A stretch of 61,613 nucleotides of DNA, the filler included, from Choristocarpus tenellus KU-1152 (Eukaryota; Protista; Phaeophyceae), in assembly GCA_964200185.2 (NCBI GenBank). It is 9 parts of 9 records of this genome, joined end to end, with 100 filler letters (N's around TTAATTAATTAA, not from the genome) between each part and the next. Parts side by side here need not be neighbours in the genome. Positions count along the whole stretch, not along the records: positions 51,486 to 57,388 come from CAXNAD020009458.1; positions 57,489 to 61,613 come from CAXNAD020016093.1; 7 more parts are not named here. One strand, 5' to 3'. Positions 53,928-61,613 of this stretch are shown piece after piece. Below the pieces are notes generated by a model. That model saw nothing but the letters and a program-made list of their open reading frames with translations. It ran no database searches and was not told where the DNA came from. Each line of letters starts with the position of its first letter. Within the stretch, counting starts at the first letter, position 1. Made by a program: the position numbers and the translations under genes.

Positions 53928-56900
53928 ATGGAGACTGGCATATGCACCAGGCACACCAGCACGGTTTTGCCCCCGACCAGTAACGGGGGCTTGGCCGTGT
54001 CCTATCGACTGAGTGTATTGGTGGATGTAGACAAGGTGAAAGGGACAGGTAAGACCTCAGGCGGTAAGGAGAAGAAGATTATTCTCGACGATGTGTACGG
54101 AAGGGCTGCCCCAGGACACGTGAGAAAAGCTATGAGCTTGACGGTGGATGCATTTCTGGTGATTCATTCTTTCGACCATGAAGTTCCTCGCTCCACCAGG
54201 TCGAACATTTCTCGTGCCCACGGTTGATCTCGCTACATGCTGTTGTGTGTTCTCTCCACCTCCGCCTGAGTTTTGTCGTCTCCGTAGTGTACTATCATCA
54301 ATTCTCTCGATGAACATGCCCTTGGGTCGTGTAGACGTCTCGCAACATATGTACAGTATCGCTTATGTCATGCCGTGCTTGATCTGGTACGTTTATTGCG
54401 TGATCATGGTGAACCACGAACGTGTAGGAGGTATTTTGTGATTGCAGATCCCTCCTTCTGGGTGCAAGAGCATGAGAGTCCTCGTTCGTGTGGGATGCCT
54501 AAGGTACATGATGTTTGATCCTATGACAAACTGCCATACAGCTTCTGGCCATCATGGGACCATCTGGAGCGGGCAAGACGACGCTCCTGAACTGCCTCAG
54601 CCTTCGCAACAAGAGTTTCAGGTAATTGCAACTCTGCTCCCGTGCTGCAATCAGGTTAAGAATGAGACACATCGACAAGAATTGTATGTTACGCACTACC
54701 CTTATCCGCCTATCGGGTGCCACTACAAAATCTATGGTGTCTTTTCGATCTATCATCTCCTCGGCAACCCCTTTTTTCAATTGTGACAGTCTGGAGACTG
54801 TAGTACACTTTTTCCTCTGTATATCTCTACCCTTGCCATAGGCAACGCATTTTGTGTACTTTTCGTAGAGCAGAGTCTACTACTTGGTGCACTTACATTG
54901 CTTGACATCTTGTGACTGCAGGCATCTCAAGACTCAAGCCCACTGCCATAGCCCACCAACTTGACCCACTCCACTTCCACTACCCGCTTGCATTGCACTC
55001 ATATTCACTTACTGCATCATCCTTTGTCCCTCCTGGGGTGTGACTAAGGGGCTGCGTGCTACATAATGACCAACTGCCTGACATGGACAATATTGGAATC
55101 ACGAGTGCGTTTGTGCAACAGGTCAGAGGAGAACTTGGTTGTCATGAACATAGTGACTTGTTGATTGAATGATGAATGCACTCTATTTCGAGGCTTCATT
55201 GCGCTGGTGTCGTCCTTATTTTTTGACAAGGTACTTGCAAACAAGGAGCAGTATCCTCACCACACATCGACCTTTTCAGATTTTATAGTTGTTTTGTTTG
55301 GATTAGGTGTTCCGAAACAGGATGTTTTCCGCATATGATAGGATACTGTCAGACAGAGTTTGGTGGGGTGACGGTAGACATAAAAAAGCTCGGGGTTCTG
55401 AATTCCCCAAGCCCTGACCTCCTTGCATTACAGCACCCATAGGATTGTACAATCTGCAACAGCATGCCATCACTTGTCAGTTCTCCATCACTTACTTGCC
55501 CACTTGCATACTCATCTACTTCTTTTTGCTGAGGTAATGTACACTATGTACAAGTTGTACTTCATCACTGTACTGTTCATTTATTGGTTGGTTGGTTGGT
55601 TGGATGGATGGATGAATGGATGGAACTGACCAGCGGTGGTGTATGTTAAAGAATCTATTATTCCTCAAGACCTATGTATATAAATGTGTGGAGCATCTCT
55701 TTGGTGAGCCGGAAATTATGCAGAGCTCAAGGCAAGAGAGTGAGGATAAGGGGGCTACCTTGCCAGCAATCAATCAATCATAGCCAATCTACCCAGACCA
55801 TGAACCCATTTATCTCTACTCACTCACAGAAGTGGCCCTACACCTGAAACCCTATCTCAATAGATCCATTCCTAAATCTAACTCCTTATCCTATGATTTT
55901 TTTCCTATGCTACATAACACGATTTGATGCATATATATATATATATACGTATGTCTCTCAGTGAGGATGAGTCTTTCAAGCAGGCTCCTTTCATATGCAA
56001 TCTTTTGTCACCAGTTGTAACCGGCATTCTTATTCTGGGGTAGTGACAAGAGTTGGCAACTACCAGATAAGACATCGTTGGAACTTCCCTCAGTTTGATT
56101 GTCCCTCTTGGTTCCTACTTGGGTCAGCAAGGTGCCCTTCAACTCTACAGGCAGCCAGAATACTAACCCTAACCCTAACCTCAACTTCCCCCTCCCCCTC
56201 CCTCCCTAATGCGTGCTTGTGCTTGTTTTGCCAACAGGAAGATCTGTTCATCCCTACACTGACCCCTCGAGAACACCTCGCCTTCCATGCAACCATGCGC
56301 ATGGAGGGATCCATGTCCAAGGAAGATCGTTGCAAGACTGTGGACAAGGCATTAGAAGAGTTGGGTCTGGGTGAGAGAAGGCATTCATTATCCCCTGCAG
56401 CATTCCCAATTCCGAACCTGTCAAAACACGCATAATAGCAGACTCTAGAAGAGTCAAAATGCAAACAACTCTGTAGCCTTTTGGGGCGTATTTTGAGTGC
56501 TCTGTAGCACACACTAGCACACACTACCAAGTGTGTGCTGCAGTATAGTCACACTTAGCTTTCCTAGTTATATCATCCATACAATACACTGCAGTAGTGG
56601 TTTCGAGGTGTTCCGATGTACTATTGCATGGAAATGAGTGATGGAGGTGTACCTTGTGCTGTCATAGCTGTAGATACATTCAAGTCCATCAAGGCTCTCG
56701 CTTCCTACACTTGTCTTGTTAGCTCCCTCACAAAATGAGCTTTGGCCCTCTTGTTGACCTTCCTCCCCATCTGCCCGCTCTCGCTCTTGTTTCCCCTAAC
56801 CCTAACCCATTCTAAAACCTTTTTTTTTACAAGTTAAATGTGCCGATACTCTCATAGGAGGACAGGGCAGTGCCATAAGAGGCATATCTGGGGGGGAGAA

Positions 56901-56971
56901 GAAGCGCCTCTCCTTTGCTACGGAGATGCTCAGCAACTCGCCTATTGTGTTCGCAGATGAACCTACCTCAG
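53928..56971 (+). CDS. ABC transporter subfamily G (white-like), NBD exons 53928-54119, 54542-54621, 55049-55121, 56238-56370, 56834-56971; 3' part beyond the gap, start codon uncertain
   Basis: KIILDDVYG, Walker [36 protein letters not shown], signature [12 protein letters not shown], Walker B FADEPTSG. Confidence 0.93.
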
Positions 56972-57349
56972 GTGGAACCAAAGAGATCTTGGGAGGAAGG
57001 GCTCTATTAGGATATGTATATATGTGCATATATATATATATATGTATGTATCAATATTTGTATGTGTGTGTGTGTGATTGGATGGGAACGTCTCAGTGAC
57101 TGGAGAAGAGTCATCTAAGTGAGGGTTAGGGTTAGGGTAATGATTTTAGGTTTTTTTAATTTTTTTGACTTTTATGGTGGCGGCGTTAAGGTTATAGGGT
57201 AGAGGATCGGTTTGGATGAAACTGTCAATTTATATGTTCCTGGTTGAAAGCCATCGCCGACTTCATTTTTTCTTATTATTGTGATTTTTTTTTCTTTTGT
57301 TTAGTGAGATTTTTTTTTTCGTGTTATCAATGGAATGCAGTGGATACAA

Positions 57350-57383
<34 letters not shown>

Positions 57384-57488
57384 GTGGGNNNNNNNNNNNN
57401 NNNNNNNNNNNNNNNNNNNNNNNNNNNNNNNNTTAATTAATTAANNNNNNNNNNNNNNNNNNNNNNNNNNNNNNNNNNNNNNNNNNNN

Positions 57489-57635
57489 GTGGTGAAGTAA
57501 CTGATCAGTGGTTTCCACGCAATGTTTTAAAGTAGTCTTATGTTTAGGACATTTTATATACACATAATATAGTTTTCATTGGTTTCCCCCTAACACATCT
57601 GCATAATGCCAGAGGGCATAATAATAATATAATAA
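57489..57635 (+). mobile_element. Family-C retro 3' end
   Basis: TAGTTTTCATTGGTTTCCCCTAACACATCTGCATAATGCCAGAGGGCATAATAATAAT. Confidence 0.65.
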
Positions 57636-58185
57636 TGTAGAATATTTGTCGTAGTTAGTCCTTCCTTGCTGCTGTTGAAACATATTTTAATCCATGAACT
57701 TTTGTTGTTTTATGGTTTGTTTTATGTTGGTTAGAGGAGGTTATATTTTAACGCGCGAGACTTGAAACTCTTACCGTGTTCAATGAAGTTCGTGAGTTAA
57801 TAGGTTTTAGCGCAACGTGAACATGAGGAGATGTTTCCTACTCTTCGAAACAGCACATTCCAGGCGTCAAGTTGATCTGATTCAGCGTACCTTGGGAAGG
57901 TGTGATATTCTGGTCCAGGGTGTGGTATGCATTCTTGTTATGTACTTCAGTCTTCTTTGGAGTGGCAATAAAGCAGTGTGACCTCTTGAATGTCTTCACA
58001 CTATGGTTGTCCTCGACTCAAACAGAAAAGCGGGGCATTTCCACCAAGACAACAATTCGCACCTCACCCCACCCCCTTACTGCCGCTTACCTTGCTCTCA
58101 ATCGTGATTACAATCTTATTTCCATTGACTCGATACGTGCAGGTATTGACATTTGTAAGTCGAAGGCGCATAAACCTTTTTAGAG

Positions 58186-61100
58186 ATGGGACTTTGTACT
58201 GTAAACCGTGTCCTGGTGGCGGCACTTGGCCTGCTTGTTCATAGCATGCGCCTGGATGCATTCATGGTATCTCCTAGACCTGCTATCCGTTGTAGGAGTT
58301 CGAACTCAGTCTCCACAAGCTTTTGGCGACATGCTCCCATACATGCACGTGGGAGGGTGGAAATCAAGCCACTGCAGCAGGCATCTGTGGAGGAGTTCAC
58401 CTCCGCTGACTTGGTAGAGAGGGAGTTTCAGGTAAATTGACCAGCTAAGCACCAAGGGTATGCACATCCGCTGCACATATTCTAACATGTGAAACATGAG
58501 CAAGTGTCAGACCATTCTAATGCTTGATGTCGGATATTTGATAAGAAGGATCCAGTCCCCATGGCGCATGAACGCCATCCACTCGCCCATGAACATTAGA
58601 CACTGGCTTGGCATCTCCTTCACAAACGTACGACAGCACAACTTACCCCCACTGGATGCTTGCAATTTGTGCTCGATGTACTGGCTTCTCAGCTTGAGGA
58701 GCTGGAGGACAAAGACGTGTCGTTGACCTCGGTTGTCCTTAATGCGGATGGCACCGTGACAACTGGAAAAACCGACGGACCCTTGCCTGAGACATCCAGT
58801 GGAACATGGACCCTCGATGGACTAAACTTCTCAATGGTGGGTTGGGAGAAGTGAGAAATTGTTGCAGTTACAAGGAAAAATTATTTCGAGAGTACAAGAG
58901 CAGGAACGGGTTCAAAGACCCTGAGCAAAGGTATCATATATATATATATATATTATGGACCAAATGAAGGGAGAGGAATGTTATATCAGTGGTTGGAGAG
59001 ACTAGAAGGGAGATAAGTGGTGCTGAGAGGCAGCCACCATACCTGTACTAGTCTGATCTTAAATGTGCTCGCCTTTCAGCGCCACTGCTCAAGCAAGTTG
59101 CTCCACCCTACAGGCAGTTTAAGCACACACTTCTGAACCACATTCATGAATCAACCAGTAGTCTTCAAGTTGGTCTCAGAAGGAGGGCAATATATACCGT
59201 GCAGTGGAACTCTCGGGTTCTTGTTACAATGACGTTGCTTGTGTTGTCAGAGTGTTTGCTTCTGATGAATAGGGGTATTAAATGGGGCTCCAGAATAATT
59301 CTGTGTGTGTGTTCAACTGTTGTTTTCCTGACTGAAATACAAGCCTCTGACGTATTGCGTAGCCGCACACATCTTTGAATTGGTAGAGCATGGCCTGGAA
59401 AAAAAATTCAAAATTTCTGATTTTTTTTCTTCTTCTCGAGGTTCAATGAAAAAAAACATTCAAGAAAAGTGCGATTGCCACTGGCTGCCAAATAGTAGGC
59501 CTGATCGAAAAGTCGGGCTGGTTCACATTGTCCTGGGATATGAAAAGCGGAAAATTTGAATGTGGTGTCGCTTGGATGACAAGTGCTGACTTGAACCAAT
59601 GTCTTCTTGTGCATGCCAAATCCTTACGTAAGGCTGCGTTGTTTTCTGATTATGACCGAAATATATTTAGTGCCAACACCTCGCGGTTGTTCTTTGAAAA
59701 AAATGCAGCCTAGGATGACTTTTAAAAAAATATATCATTATTTATTTATTTATTTATTTTGACTTTTTTTTTTCACCGCTTTACTAAAGTACCTCGACAT
59801 GCTGTACTCTGTGGTGTCAACTCCGTGTTCTTTTTACTTTTTTTGCAGTACATTTCTATTAGGGTGTCGCCGTTTACAGTGGTTAGTGCTAACCTGTCTC
59901 GAACTATTTGAATTGAATTAAAAGCATGTGAGAATCTTGATTCAGCTGGTTTTGACGTTTTGACACTTTTTTTTAGCCAAATCCGGTATGTGACGTGACC
60001 TTTACCGGACCTTCAATTCGATTCGAATTTCTTGATTGAACACCCTGTGATGTGAAGAATTATTGGTGAGGTGGAGACTGATCAGCCCCGATTCCAACAT
60101 TTCGTGTAGACTTCCGATCAGTTTGATGCGTGAGAGTCACGTTATCTATGATGTAGCTACAAGTCGCAGCAAGGGGCAGGGGCAGGAGGTACCCTGTATA
60201 TACTTGTGAACTAGCAACACATGTACCGTTACCTTAGCAGTAAGTTGAAAAGGTATATATATACCCAGGAGCATGTGTAAAGCCTAGGCAAGACGCTTAT
60301 GTCACAGCACAGATTGTCTAGGAAATAGAATTATGTGGGAGTTTTGATCCTATGACCCACTTCGTCACCATGCCCCTCTCCAGTGATGGGGTTGGGGGCT
60401 ACTTGCATGAAAGTAGTGGGTGGATGTTCCACCACATCACATCAAAGTGTCTGTGTCTCGTCTACGAGATCATGACGTGATGATGTGATGATGTGATGAT
60501 GTGATGAGGCTCAATCTGTCCTGCGATGATGTAGTCTTCATATTGCGTCAAGACCAAAGCGCCGCGAATGAGCAGTGGTTGAGTGAACCGCAGCTCGTGT
60601 TGAGGGGCAGCAAGTGTACTACATACAAACGAACGCTCGGAAGTATTGTAAACGAGCATTTATCATTTATCGATGTTGTTCTTTTTTTTCCTTGGTGTGC
60701 TATGTTGTCTCTTGATGATCTTTTTTCTTTTTTTTCCTTGGTGTGCTATGTTGTCTCTCGATGATCTTTTTTCTTTTTTTCCTTGGTGTGCTATGTTGTC
60801 TCTCGATGATATTTTTTCTTTTTTTTCCCTTGATGATCTTCTTCTGTAGGCGGGTATTGTACTGTACACAAGACCATGAACCTCTCGCTTTTTCTTCTTC
60901 TTTTTTTTCGAGTTCCCCGGTCTCCGCTTGACCCGAGCTCAGCTTTTTAAGAAGAGGCATTGTGGTGCTTGCCGAGTTTTGACCGCATGCTTCCCCGTAG
61001 AAGCCCAAGGCAATGCAATGCCACTCACCACTGAGGATGAACTCTGTAAGGCCGGACACTGATACGAGCTGAGATCACACGCGCGTGCGCGTTCTTGTTC

Positions 61101-61312
61101 CTCTCGAGTGCCCACGCCTTGAATGCCTTCCATGTGGTGTGTGTGCAACATCTGTGTCCCTTTTTTTTTTCATGCGTCAGGTCCTTACGCGCGACTTCGA
61201 GTCGTCCTACCCGTACACAGTTACTCGGAAGTTTGTTGGCATCGTGGACGAGGTGCTGCCTGCCACGGATACGCTCATTCTCAGTGGCCGTATTGTCCTC
61301 GACGAGATGGAG
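58186..61312 (+). CDS. Predicted plastid-targeted protein of unknown function (exons 58186-58431, ~58693-58836, 61181-61312; continues)
   Basis: Signal peptide ending LDAF plus an R/S-rich transit peptide. Phase-0 exons give EFQLEELEDKDVSLTSVVLNADGTVTTGKTDGPLPETSSGTW...VLTRDFESSYPYTVTRKFVG. Confidence 0.78.
60680..60840 (+). repeat. Intronic minisatellite, ~45-bp unit x3 plus a partial copy
   Basis: CCTTGGTGTGCTATGTTGTCTCT(T/C)GATGAT plus a T-rich linker, starting at 60690, 60736 and 60781. Confidence 0.85.
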
Positions 61313-61509
61313 GTGAGTTAACAGAACAGAACAGAACAGAACACGCCTCTCTCTCTAAGGTCTTTGAACTCTGCAGCGGGCCGCACTCTACAAGAGGTCG
61401 GGCGCCTGGGCGATCGCCGTGGCATTTTTTGGTTATTTAAACAAGACGGATTTGAAACGGGCATTATTTAAACATCTTTTATCGTTGTTGCCTTATCTTC
61501 GGCAGACTT

Positions 61510-61542
<33 letters not shown>

Positions 61543-61613
61543 GGGAAAAAAGCGAGGGGGAAAATTGTGTGGCGCCCTTCCTTTCTTTTTTTTTTTTTGT
61601 GTGGGGGGGGTTT

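Noticed and set aside
59865-59905. tRNA 5'-half-like GCCGTTTACAGTGGTTAGT
   Set aside because: No matching T-arm or acceptor stem downstream.
60680-60840. CRISPR-like repeat-spacer array
   Set aside because: The linkers are near-identical T-tracts rather than unique spacers, the site is a eukaryotic intron, and there are no cas genes.

Overview
Intron-rich eukaryotic nuclear DNA made of nine contigs joined by eight artificial 100-nt spacers (N44-TTAATTAATTAA-N44), so adjacency across spacers cannot be trusted. Signal peptides followed by an (S/D)AF motif point to a photosynthetic stramenopile, probably a brown alga or close relative (inference). Genes reconstructed by hand from splice sites and reading phase: PPWD1 (partial), CIAO2B/MIP18 (complete), a folate-biopterin (BT1) transporter (complete), a thylakoid-lumen-targeted protein with a CcmI/CycH-like domain, a DUSP12/YVH1-like phosphatase, a multi-C2 protein, an ALDH3 aldehyde dehydrogenase, a myristoylation-motif ankyrin protein, a divergent orphan histone H4, an ABCG transporter, a plastid-targeted unknown and two further unknown genes. 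Mobile DNA includes a decayed mariner, an intron-containing Sola-like transposase pseudogene directly upstream of the H4, four copies of a ~260-bp MITE with Sola-type ends, a palindromic MITE and about ten 3' fragments of one non-LTR retrotransposon. I cannot establish a new biological system. The best leads are the Sola-like transposase/H4/MITE association, the lumenal CcmI-like protein, apparent CpG decay, and three head-to-head gene pairs with near-identical spacing. All family assignments rest on remembered motifs, not database searches.
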